Part shown: piece after piece, positions 9,135 through 16,977 of the stretch
Position numbering within the stretch: the stretch's first letter is position 1
How the letters are laid out: every line of letters begins with the position of its first letter
Source: an uncultured Ruminococcus sp.
Lineage (GTDB): Bacteria; Bacillota; Clostridia; Oscillospirales; Acutalibacteraceae
Assembly: GCA_902792105.1 (NCBI GenBank)
Contig: CADAYK010000001.1
Location: 4,823-68,822, forward strand
Length of the DNA stretch: 64,000 nucleotides
Direction of reading: 5' to 3'
Position numbers and translations under genes: made by a program
The notes under the pieces: generated by a model
Database searches by the model: none
Told to the model about the DNA's origin: nothing
Seen by the model: only the letters and a program-made list of their open reading frames with translations

Positions 9135-10064
9135 TTATCGCTCTTCCTTTAGTATGTACGGCTGACGCTTTTTGGTTTCAAGATAAATCTTTGAAATATA
9201 CAGTCCCACAATTCCGAGACAAAGCTGGATCAGTCCGCCTATAAAAATCATTATCGACACCATTGACGGCCAGCCCGAAACAGGGTCGCCCCAAATCAGC
9301 GCGCGAATTACGATAAGCACCAGGAAGATAAACGCGACAATGCACATTATGATCCCGAGGAAGGACGAAAGATACAGCGGCACTACCGAGTAGGCGAGTA
9401 TGCCCTCGATCGAGTAAGAAAACAGCTTCCAGAATGACCATTTTGTCGAGCCGGCGCTTCTTTCAACATTTTCATATGAGATCCAGTAGGTGTCAAAGCC
9501 TACCCAGCTGAAAATGCCCTTTGAAAAACGGTTGTATTCGCGGTCGCCGATAATAGCGTTGACCATCATTCGCGACATCATTCGGTAATCTCTTGCACCG
9601 TCGCGGATTTCGGTATCGGACAGCTTGTTGATAATATGATAAAAAAGCTTTGCGAACGCCGAGCGGATCTTAGGTTCGCCCTCGCGCGTTTTGCGCCTTG
9701 TGGCAACGCAGTGATACTTTGTGTCCGGTTCATTCAAAATATTAAACATTTCCGGCAGCAGCGACGGCGGATCCTGCAAATCAACGTCCATTGTCGCAAT
9801 AAAATCACCCTTGGACATTTCAAGACCTGCCAAAATTCCGGCTTCCTTGCCGAAATTGCGTGAAAATGAGCGGTATCTTACATTTTCGTCAAGCTTGTTA
9901 AGGTCGCGCAGGATGTCAAGCGTTTTGTCGGTGCTTCCGTCGTCAACAAAACAAAATTCAATTTCCGCGTCAATTTGGTTTTTAACCGCCATAACAGCGT
10001 CGTAAAAAATCGGAATTGTTTTTTCTTCGTTGTAGCAGGGTACAACTAACGATAACAACTTCAT
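9135..10064 (-). CDS. GT2 polyprenol-phosphate glycosyltransferase (GtrB/YfdH-like)
   Basis: VVPCYNEE, VDDGSTD, SRNFGKEA, DVDLQDPP, two C-terminal TM helices. Confidence 0.9.
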   Translation of the reverse strand: MKLLSLVVPCYNEEKTIPIFYDAVMAVKNQIDAEIEFCFVDDGSTDKTLDILRDLNKLDENVRYRSFSRNFGKEAGILAGLEMSKGDFIATMDVDLQDPPSLLPEMFNILNEPDTKYHCVATRRKTREGEPKIRSAFAKLFYHIINKLSDTEIRDGARDYRMMSRMMVNAIIGDREYNRFSKGIFSWVGFDTYWISYENVERSAGSTKWSFWKLFSYSIEGILAYSVVPLYLSSFLGIIMCIVAFIFLVLIVIRALIWGDPVSGWPSMVSIMIFIGGLIQLCLGIVGLYISKIYLETKKRQPYILKEER

Positions 10065-10149
10065 TGCATTTCCTCTTTTCAGGTTAATACAGCTATTGTA
10101 ACACATAAAATAATTTTCCGCAAGAGAAAAAGGAACGGTTGACCGCTCC

Positions 10150-10518
10150 CTAAAAATCCTCTTTTAAATGTTTTTTTACAGCGGCAAAGGTTTCGCTGCT
10201 GATAACGTGCTCGATTTTGCACGCGTCGGCAACGGCGCGTTCCTCATTAACACCGAGCTTCATAAAAAACTCGCTTAAAACCGTGTGCCTCTCATAAGTT
10301 CTTTCGGCAACCTCCAGACCGGCGTCGGTAAGGTTCAGTCCGCCGTTAGCGCCTACGGTAATGTATCCGCCGTCACGCAAAATTCCCATAGCGCGGCTGA
10401 CACTCGGCTTTGAATAGCCCATTTCCTCAACAACGTCGATCGAACGGACAAAGCCTTTCCTTTTTGACAGAACATAAATGGTTTCAAGGTACATTTCGCC
10501 GGATTCTTTTAGCTTCAT
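10150..10518 (-). CDS. DtxR/MntR-family metal-dependent repressor with DtxR/IdeR-type (Met/Cys) ligands
   Basis: EMYLETI, HTH SKPSVSRAM, YERH, DACKIEHVIS; 122 aa, no C-terminal SH3-like domain. Confidence 0.9.
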   Translation of the reverse strand: MKLKESGEMYLETIYVLSKRKGFVRSIDVVEEMGYSKPSVSRAMGILRDGGYITVGANGGLNLTDAGLEVAERTYERHTVLSEFFMKLGVNEERAVADACKIEHVISSETFAAVKKHLKEDF

Positions 10519-10553
10519 TAAGTTACCCCCGTAAGGCTAAATTATTTGTATAT

Positions 10554-10582
10554 ATAGTAACATAAGTTGCATAATAATTCAA
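10554..10582 (-). promoter_or_regulatory. promoter of the DtxR-type regulator
   Basis: minus strand TTGAAT, 17 bp, TACTAT with extended-10 TG. Confidence 0.6.
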
Positions 10583-10667
10583 TAGAAAATTGTGAAATCA
10601 GGTTATAAAAAGATATTATTATTCTAATAACGAATAATATACCTGTTATATTATATAAAAAAGAAAG

Positions 10668-10685
10668 AGTTAGTTATAGGTAACC
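10668..10685. promoter_or_regulatory. degenerate DtxR-like operator (box 1)
   Basis: AGTTAG-ttatag-GTAACC, same 6-6-6 layout as box 2. Confidence 0.55.
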
Positions 10686-10725
10686 CGTCAAATAAAACAA
10701 AAATTAATATTCATCAAAAAACCTG

Positions 10726-10779
10726 TTGACAAACCCGGCAAAATCTAATAAAATATAAACAGTTAGCAAACGCTAACTG
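10726..10779 (+). promoter_or_regulatory. consensus sigma-A promoter with perfect palindromic DtxR-like operator (box 2) over the predicted +1
   Basis: TTGACA 10726-10731, 17 bp, TAAAAT 10749-10754; CAGTTAGC-AAAC-GCTAACTG 10760-10779. Confidence 0.8.
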
Positions 10780-10859
10780 AATAAAACAGTCCAATACCAA
10801 TTTCATAATTTTGCACTATTGCCTGTCTGATTTTACAGACAGGTAATTTTGCGTTTTTT
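10761..10859 (+). ncRNA. candidate metal(iron)-repressed small RNA
   Basis: promoter and operator upstream; no ATG or RBS in the transcript; terminator stem ATTGCCTGTCTG 10818-10829 / CAGACAGGTAAT 10836-10847 followed by T runs. Confidence 0.6.
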
Positions 10860-11302
10860 ACTTCGCGTACTTTACGTTTGATTTATTGGTAACGTTAGGC
10901 GTTTCGCGAGAAGGAGTAGAAATAAATCATACTGTGACGGCAATAAAAACTACGTTTGTTGCTGTATACTCTCTGACAAACGCAGGAAATAGATTATGCT
11001 TTCTCGCGAAACGCCGACATCATCACTCAATCCGATGATAAGAACGCGAAGTAAAAAACGCCTTCGGCGACCCCTCATCCGACCAATTTGCAAGCAAATT
11101 GCTCACCTTCTCCACGCAGGGAGAAGGCTTTTTTACCTTTGTGCGCAAATTCAACAGCATTAAAGCCGAAACAAATATCAGTGAGAGAACACATAACTCC
11201 AAACGTAGTTCCCATTGCCCTCAAAGCTTCCGATAGATTATGCTTTCTCGCGAAACGCCGACGAAAGAATCAAACCGACATCAAGAACGCGAAATAAAAT
11301 AC
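10851..11302. repeat. composite palindromic (MITE/REPIN-like) element with one left arm and two right arms
   Basis: 18-bp perfect IR 10851-10868 / 11044-11061; 15-bp IR 10898-10912 / 11001-11015; 30-bp exact direct repeat 10989-11018 = 11233-11262; ~130-bp imperfect IR of 10851-10976 with ~11178-11302. Confidence 0.8.
11071..11134 (+). repeat. REP-like double-hairpin unit (CCCCTCATCCG-hairpin-CACCTTCTCC...GGGAGAAGG) with T tail
   Basis: CAATTTGC-AA-GCAAATTG 11084-11101; CCTTCTCC 11106-11113 / GGAGAAGG 11120-11127; T6 tail. Confidence 0.65.
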
Positions 11303-11331
11303 TTGATTTTGTTGAGATAAAGTAGTAAAAT
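11303..11331 (+). promoter_or_regulatory. sigma-A-type promoter of threonine dehydratase-ridA
   Basis: TTGATT, 17 bp, TAAAAT. Confidence 0.6.
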
Positions 11332-11372
11332 AGGGGAAGTGTAATTTACGGAGAATAAAAGGAAGTGTAAAA

Positions 11373-12566
11373 ATGCTGACACTTGATAAAATCTACCACG
11401 CTTCATATGTGTTGAAGGACGTTATCCGCCAAACCCATATCGTAAAGGCGGAAGCGCTTTCAAATGACTGCCATGTATATCTTAAACCGGAAAATCTGCA
11501 AATCACCGGTTCGTTTAAGGTAAGAGGCTCAGGCTATAAAATCTCGCAGCTTTCCGACGAGGAAAAGGCAAGGGGCGTAATCGCCTGTTCGGCAGGAAAT
11601 CACGCTCAGGGCGTTGCGCTTGCGGCTACAAAATACGGAATCAAAAGCCTGATCTGCCTGCCCGACGGCGCTCCAATTTCAAAGGTTGAGGCAACAAAGG
11701 GCTACGGAGCAGAGGTTTGTATGGTTCCGGGCGTGTACGACGACGCCTACAATAAGGCTCTCGAGCTTCGTGATGAAAAGGATTATACATTCATCCATCC
11801 GTTTGATGATGAAAACGTAATAGCAGGTCAGGGTACGATCGGAATCGAGATCCTCAACGAAATGCCAGACGTAGACGCGGTTATCGGCGCGATCGGCGGC
11901 GGCGGACTCCTTTCGGGAGTAGCCTGCGCGATCAAGAACCTCAACCCCAATATAAAGGTCTACGGTGTTCAGGCTGAGGGCGCGCCTTCAATGTACGAGT
12001 CAATCAAGCAGGGCAAGCCCGTATCGCTCGATAAGGTTTCGACAATTGCCGACGGCATCCAGGTCAAGGAGCCGGGCGAGCATACTTTTGAATATATCCA
12101 AAAATACGTTGACGATATAGTAACGGTTTCCGACGACGAAATCGCATCGGCGATTTTAAAGCTTATCGAAACTCAAAAGATGATCGCCGAAGGCGCGGGG
12201 GCTGCTCCGCTTGCGGCGGTAATGTACAACAAGCTTCCGATAAAGGGCAAAAAGGTTGTGTGCATTGTTTCGGGAGGCAATATCGACGTAACTATTCTTA
12301 ACAGAGTGATCAAGCGCGGACTCATAATGAGCGGCAGACAGCAAACTCTGTGTATTGAGCTTCAGGATAAGCCCGGCCAGCTTGTGGCTGTTTCTCAGAT
12401 TATCGCCGAAAGCGGCGGAAACGTGATTTCGGTTCACCACGAAAGAGCCGGCGAGGGCACCGACGTAACCGCGGCGTACCTCAGGATCGTAATTGAAACA
12501 AGGAATTTTGAACACGTTAAGCAAATTTCCGACTCACTAAAGGCGGCAGGCTTTAAGCTTGTATAA
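11373..12566 (+). CDS. ilvA: threonine ammonia-lyase (dehydratase) with C-terminal ACT domain
   Basis: KPENLQITGSFKVRG, SAGNHAQG, GGGGL, SGGNID, ACT motif DKPGQL. Confidence 0.9.
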   Translation: MLTLDKIYHASYVLKDVIRQTHIVKAEALSNDCHVYLKPENLQITGSFKVRGSGYKISQLSDEEKARGVIACSAGNHAQGVALAATKYGIKSLICLPDGAPISKVEATKGYGAEVCMVPGVYDDAYNKALELRDEKDYTFIHPFDDENVIAGQGTIGIEILNEMPDVDAVIGAIGGGGLLSGVACAIKNLNPNIKVYGVQAEGAPSMYESIKQGKPVSLDKVSTIADGIQVKEPGEHTFEYIQKYVDDIVTVSDDEIASAILKLIETQKMIAEGAGAAPLAAVMYNKLPIKGKKVVCIVSGGNIDVTILNRVIKRGLIMSGRQQTLCIELQDKPGQLVAVSQIIAESGGNVISVHHERAGEGTDVTAAYLRIVIETRNFEHVKQISDSLKAAGFKLV

Positions 12567-12588
12567 TCATGTATAATCTTGTATAATA
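12559..12588. repeat. 10-bp-period tandem repeat (core TGTATAAT) x3 spanning the stop codon
   Basis: TTGTATAATC ATGTATAATC TTGTATAATA. Confidence 0.8.
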
Positions 12589-12604
12589 AAGGTGGTATAT
12601 TAAA

Positions 12605-12976
12605 ATGGAAAAAGTTTACACAAAAAACGCGCCCGACGCAATCGGACCTTATTCACAGGCTGTAAAGGCGAACGGACTTGTTTTCACTTCGGGACAAATC
12701 GCTATTAACCCGGCAAGCGGACAGGTCGAGGCAGAAACCATCGAAGCCCAGACCGAGCAGGTTTGCAGCAATCTTAAAAACGTACTTGAAGCCGCAGGCT
12801 CAAGCCTTGAAAAAGCGGTAAAAACCGTCTGCTTTTTGGCTGATATGGGCGATTTTGCCGCATTTAACGAGGTTTACGGAAAGTACTTCACAGGCAAGCC
12901 CGCGCGTTCCTGCGTGGCGGTAAAAACCCTTCCCAAAAATGTTTTGGTAGAGGTTGAGGTTATCGCCGAGGCTTAA
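12605..12976 (+). CDS. ridA: RidA-family enamine/imine deaminase
   Basis: APDAIGPYSQAV, FTSGQIA, PARSCVAV, VEVEVIA. Confidence 0.93.
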   Translation: MEKVYTKNAPDAIGPYSQAVKANGLVFTSGQIAINPASGQVEAETIEAQTEQVCSNLKNVLEAAGSSLEKAVKTVCFLADMGDFAAFNEVYGKYFTGKPARSCVAVKTLPKNVLVEVEVIAEA

Positions 12977-12992
12977 TTGAATTGATACGCTA

Positions 12993-13021
12993 AGGGAGGC
13001 TCACACAGCCTCCCTGTTTTT
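12993..13021 (+). terminator. intrinsic terminator after ridA
   Basis: AGGGAGGCT-cacac-AGCCTCCCT followed by GTTTTT. Confidence 0.8.
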
Positions 13022-13025
13022 GTCC

Positions 13026-13054
13026 TTGACAAATACCCCACGGGGGTATATAAT
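13026..13054 (+). promoter_or_regulatory. sigma-A promoter with CsoR operator in the spacer
   Basis: TTGACA, 17 bp, TATAAT; ATACCCC-ACG-GGGGTAT 13033-13049 has the C/G-tract architecture of CsoR operators. Confidence 0.88.
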
Positions 13055-13083
13055 TGAGTTAGCTTAAAGTAACAGGTGATATT

Positions 13084-13383
13084 ATGCCAAACGAGTGTCA
13101 GTGTCATAAAACAAAAAAACGCGGGGATGATGAATATAAAAAGCTCATCAACCGACTTAACCGCATAGAAGGACAAATCCGCGGGATCCGCAAAATGGTT
13201 GAAAACGACGCCTATTGTATCGATATTCTGGTTCAGGTTGCCGCCGTGAACGCGGCGCTTAATTCGTTTAATAAAGAGCTGCTGTCAAACCATATCCACA
13301 CCTGCGTGGCGCAGGATATCCGCGAGGGCAGGGACGAAACTGTCGACGAGCTTGTTGACACGTTAAAAAAGCTAATGAAGTAG
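13084..13383 (+). CDS. csoR: copper-sensing repressor CsoR
   Basis: RLNRIEGQIRGI, YCIDIL, HIHTC. Confidence 0.92.
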   Translation: MPNECQCHKTKKRGDDEYKKLINRLNRIEGQIRGIRKMVENDAYCIDILVQVAAVNAALNSFNKELLSNHIHTCVAQDIREGRDETVDELVDTLKKLMK

Positions 13384-13391
13384 GTGATTAT

Positions 13392-15908
13392 TTGGAACAA
13401 TATAATGTAGGAGGAATGAGCTGCGCCGCCTGCAGCGCAAGGGTTGAAAAGGCGGTTTCCAGCCTTGACGGCGTAACCTCCTGCTCGGTAAGCCTGCTCA
13501 CCAATTCAATGGGGGTAGAAGGCACGGCAAAGCCGCAGGATATTATCGAGGCAGTCGAAAAAGCAGGATATACCGCTTCGGTAAAAGGAAATGACGTAAA
13601 GGCAACGGAAAATAGGGCGGATTCGCTTAAGGATACCGAATCACCGAAAATCCTGAAAAGATTAGCCGCGTCCCTCGGTTTTCTGCTTGTGCTTATGTAT
13701 TTTTCAATGGGGCACTCAATGCTCGGACTTCCTCTGCCCGGGTTTTTCAGCGGAAATCACGTTGCAATCGGACTCGTCCAGCTTTTGCTCGCGGCGGCGG
13801 TAATGGTGATCAATCAAAAATTTTTTATAAGCGGATTCAAAGGACTCATTCACCGCGCGCCGAATATGGATACCCTCGTTGCCCTCGGCTCCGGCACCGC
13901 CTTTGCGTACAGTACAGCCGCGCTGTTTTTGATGACGGGCGAGGTAATGCGCGGCAACGGCGAAGCGGCTCACGCGCTTATGCACGAGCTTTACTTTGAA
14001 TCCTCGGCAATGATATTAACGCTGATAACGGTCGGAAAGCTGCTTGAGGCAAAGTCAAAGGGACGCACGACGAACGCGCTTAAAAGCCTTATGGATCTCT
14101 CGCCGAAAAAAGCTGTGGTAATACGCAACGGAGTTGAAACCGAGGTTAATGCGGAAGCAGTAAAAAAAGGCGATATTTTCATTGTGCGCCCGGGCGACAG
14201 CATACCCGCAGACGGCGTAGTGCTCGAGGGCGAAACCGCGGTTGATGAATCAATGCTCACGGGGGAGAGCGTGCCTGTCGATAAATCCGCGGGAAGCGCT
14301 GTGTCGGCGGCAACAATTAACCGTTCCGGCTTCATTCGCTGCGAAGCGACAAAGGTCGGCGACGACACTACACTTTCGCAAATCATCAAAATGGTTAGCG
14401 ACGCGGCGGCAACCAAAGCGCCCATAGCCAAAATCGCCGACAAGGTGTCCTCGATTTTCGTCCCTGCGGTGATAACAATAGCCGTCATTACCTTTGCTGT
14501 ATGGATGATAACAGGCGCGCCGGCAGGTACTGCGATCGCAAGGGCAATTTCGGTGCTTGTGATCAGCTGTCCGTGCGCTCTCGGACTTGCCACGCCGGTA
14601 GCGATAATGGTCGGCAGCGGAGTGGGAGCGCGAAACGGAATATTATTCAAAACCGCCGTATCGCTTGAAGAAACAGGCAAAATCAAGGTAGCCGCACTCG
14701 ACAAAACAGGCACAATAACTCAGGGCAAGCCCGTTGTAACCGATATTGCCGCAAACGGCATCAGCGAAGAAGCTTTGCTGGCAGCGGCGGCTTCGCTTGA
14801 AGCAAAAAGTGAGCACCCACTGGCTCAGGCGATAATTGAAGAAGCAAAAAATAAGGGGATCTCAATCTTAGATACCGAAGAATTTTCGGCTGTTCCCGGC
14901 AGAGGCTTAACGGCGCGTATTAACGGCGAAACCGTAAGAGGAGGAAACCAAAGCTTTACAGCTCAGTTTTGCGAAATCCCCAAGAGTGTAAAGCAAAGGG
15001 CAGACGAGCTTGCAAATCAGGGTAAAACTCCGTTATTTTTCTCTAAAGGAAATAAATTCCTCGGCGCGATCGCGGTCGCCGATGTGATCAAGCCCGACAG
15101 CCGCAGCGCTGTTTCCGAGCTGAAAAAAATGGGGATCCGCACAGTTATGCTCACGGGCGACAACGAAAAAACCGCGCGCGCGATCGGAGCGCAGGCGGGA
15201 GTTGACGAGGTAATAGCAGGCGTGCTTCCCGACGGCAAGGAAAGCGTTGTGCGCAAGCTTATGCAAAAGGGCAAAACCGCAATGGCAGGCGACGGGATCA
15301 ACGATGCTCCGGCGCTTACAACCGCCGACGTCGGAATCGCGATCGGCGCCGGCGCCGACGTTGCAATCGAAGCCGCCGACGTGGTACTTATCAACAGCAA
15401 CCTCAGCGACGTTCCGGCGGCAATAAAGCTCGGCAGAGCAACGCTCAAAAATATCTATGAAAACCTGTTTTGGGCGTTTATCTATAATATCATAGGAATC
15501 CCGCTTGCCGCAGGCTTGTTCACGCCTTTGCTCGGCTGGCAGATGAACCCGATGTTCGGCGCGGCGGCAATGAGCCTTTCAAGCTTTTGCGTGGTAACAA
15601 ACGCGCTCAGGCTGAACTTCGTCAAACTTAAACCAAAGCAAAAAACGGCTGAGTATCCCGAAGCTCAACCCGAAATAATAACCGAAGAAAAGGAGAACGA
15701 CAACATGAAAACTAAAATCAGTATTGAAGGCATGATGTGTCCTCACTGTGAAGCAAGGGTAAAAACAGCGCTCGAAGCGGTTCCCGGGGTTGAATCCGCC
15801 GACGTAAGCCACAAAAAAGGCGCGGCAAAGGTCAAACTCAGCGCCGAAGTACCCTTCGACACCCTCAAAGCGGCAGTTGAGGAAGCAGGCTATAAAGTTA
15901 TAGATTAA
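13392..15908 (+). CDS. copA: copper-exporting P1B-type ATPase with N- and C-terminal HMA domains
   Basis: GMSCAAC, TGES, CPCALG, DKTGT, GDGINDAP, YN and MSLSS, C-terminal GMMCPHC. Confidence 0.95.
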   Translation: MEQYNVGGMSCAACSARVEKAVSSLDGVTSCSVSLLTNSMGVEGTAKPQDIIEAVEKAGYTASVKGNDVKATENRADSLKDTESPKILKRLAASLGFLLVLMYFSMGHSMLGLPLPGFFSGNHVAIGLVQLLLAAAVMVINQKFFISGFKGLIHRAPNMDTLVALGSGTAFAYSTAALFLMTGEVMRGNGEAAHALMHELYFESSAMILTLITVGKLLEAKSKGRTTNALKSLMDLSPKKAVVIRNGVETEVNAEAVKKGDIFIVRPGDSIPADGVVLEGETAVDESMLTGESVPVDKSAGSAVSAATINRSGFIRCEATKVGDDTTLSQIIKMVSDAAATKAPIAKIADKVSSIFVPAVITIAVITFAVWMITGAPAGTAIARAISVLVISCPCALGLATPVAIMVGSGVGARNGILFKTAVSLEETGKIKVAALDKTGTITQGKPVVTDIAANGISEEALLAAAASLEAKSEHPLAQAIIEEAKNKGISILDTEEFSAVPGRGLTARINGETVRGGNQSFTAQFCEIPKSVKQRADELANQGKTPLFFSKGNKFLGAIAVADVIKPDSRSAVSELKKMGIRTVMLTGDNEKTARAIGAQAGVDEVIAGVLPDGKESVVRKLMQKGKTAMAGDGINDAPALTTADVGIAIGAGADVAIEAADVVLINSNLSDVPAAIKLGRATLKNIYENLFWAFIYNIIGIPLAAGLFTPLLGWQMNPMFGAAAMSLSSFCVVTNALRLNFVKLKPKQKTAEYPEAQPEIITEEKENDNMKTKISIEGMMCPHCEARVKTALEAVPGVESADVSHKKGAAKVKLSAEVPFDTLKAAVEEAGYKVID

Positions 15909-15921
15909 TTTTTAAAAACCT

Positions 15922-15968
15922 GAATAAACCAAGCGCCTCCGCCAATACTAACAGCGGAGGTGCTTTTT
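15922..15968 (+). promoter_or_regulatory. copA terminator hairpin overlapping a sigma-F/G-like promoter and the RBS of the next gene
   Basis: AAGCGCCTCCGC...GCGGAGGTGCTTTTT hairpin; GAATA 15922-15926 and GCCAATACTA 15941-15950; GGAGGTG is in the 3' arm. Confidence 0.6.
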
Positions 15969-16727
15969 ATGAGCAGATATTACAAATCAGGCAGACACAC
16001 CAAAAAAAGCCTGAGAGAAAAAATAGGCTTCTACACGGCGTTTTCAATCTGTCTTATAGCCGTTGCAATGGCAGTTTATTCAACATATAACACAGTTTCA
16101 CGCAAATCCGCCGTAACCCCGGTAACCCAGCCTGCCACCGATTCGCAAATGGTCGCTCAGCCCGTAACGGGAGTGACCGTTCCCGAGCCTAAAATCAACA
16201 GTGCGCCCACCGCAACCGAACCGGAATTCACCGTACCGACTGTCACATCCGCTAACAGTACCGCAAAGCCTGCGGAAAAGGACGGCGACATTGACGACGC
16301 AATGCAAACCCTTCTGTCGGTCGATTTAAGCCTGAGCGCTCCCACAAAAACCGGCAAGGTTCTTCGCGAGTACAGCAAGGACAGCGTATACTTTAAGACG
16401 ATCAACGTTTGGAAGCCGCACACCGGAGTTGATTATGCCTGCGATTTGGGCGACGATATCAAGGCGATGGTAAACGGCGAGGTAACCAAGGTAAGAACCG
16501 ACCGAATGTACGGCAAAACGGTTGAAATTTCCTCGGGAGCAGCGGTAGTCAGCTACAGCGGACTGTCCGGCGTCAAGGTAAAAGAGGGCGACAGTGTGGA
16601 CAGGGGAGAAGTGATCGGAACCTCGGGCGCGGTACCCTGTGAGGCGGACGACGAAAATCACATTCACGTCAGCCTTAAAATCGACGGCAAAAAAGCCGAC
16701 CCGCTGAATTTTACGGGTAACGACTGA
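15969..16727 (+). CDS. M23/LytM-domain membrane protein, SpoIIQ-like
   Basis: N-terminal TM (GFYTAFSICLIAVAM), low-complexity stalk, HTGVD and HIH M23 motifs, forespore-type promoter. Confidence 0.75.
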   Translation: MSRYYKSGRHTKKSLREKIGFYTAFSICLIAVAMAVYSTYNTVSRKSAVTPVTQPATDSQMVAQPVTGVTVPEPKINSAPTATEPEFTVPTVTSANSTAKPAEKDGDIDDAMQTLLSVDLSLSAPTKTGKVLREYSKDSVYFKTINVWKPHTGVDYACDLGDDIKAMVNGEVTKVRTDRMYGKTVEISSGAAVVSYSGLSGVKVKEGDSVDRGEVIGTSGAVPCEADDENHIHVSLKIDGKKADPLNFTGND

Positions 16728-16746
16728 CACCGTCAAAGACAGACAC

Positions 16747-16783
16747 AAAAAGGGATTGGCTTTTTCAAGTCAATCCCTGTTTT
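16747..16783. terminator. bidirectional terminator
   Basis: AGGGATTGGCTT / AAGTCAATCCCT stem with A/T tails. Confidence 0.8.
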
Positions 16784-16845
16784 CCTTTATTCAAAGAGCA
16801 AATGCTCAGATAATTCCATCAAACGACATTTAGTGCAATAACAAT

Positions 16846-16917
16846 TTATCTTTCGCTCTCGTGCCATTCCTCATTGCCGAAGATAAAATCATCTATGTCC
16901 ATAACGACAAATTTCAT
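16846..16917 (-). CDS. 23-aa acidic microprotein MKFVVMDIDDFIFGNEEWHESER
   Basis: RBS AGGAGGTG 6 nt before the ATG, sigma-E-like promoter directly upstream; not in the ORF track. Confidence 0.65.
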   Translation of the reverse strand: MKFVVMDIDDFIFGNEEWHESER

Positions 16918-16946
16918 GGTAAACACCTCCTAAATAAAACATTAAC

Positions 16947-16975
16947 AGTATATTCAGGAGTATTCCGAAATATGA
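16947..16975 (-). promoter_or_regulatory. sigma-E-like promoter
   Basis: minus strand TCATATT, 14 bp, AATATACT. Confidence 0.65.
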
Positions 16976-16977
16976 TA

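Noticed and set aside
6384-10152. Similar GGGAGC-GTCAACCG-TCC hairpins after maf and after the DtxR gene
   Set aside because: Two short terminator-like hairpins are too little to call a repeat family.
11088-11297. 69-aa ORF in the gap before ilvA
   Set aside because: It lies wholly inside the palindromic repeat element, has a TTG start without an RBS, and resembles no protein I recognise.
10851-11302. Possible CRISPR array or T-box leader upstream of threonine dehydratase
   Set aside because: There are only two direct copies with no regular spacers and no cas genes. No T-box sequence (AGGGTGGNACCGCG) is present, and ilvA has its own promoter downstream of the element.
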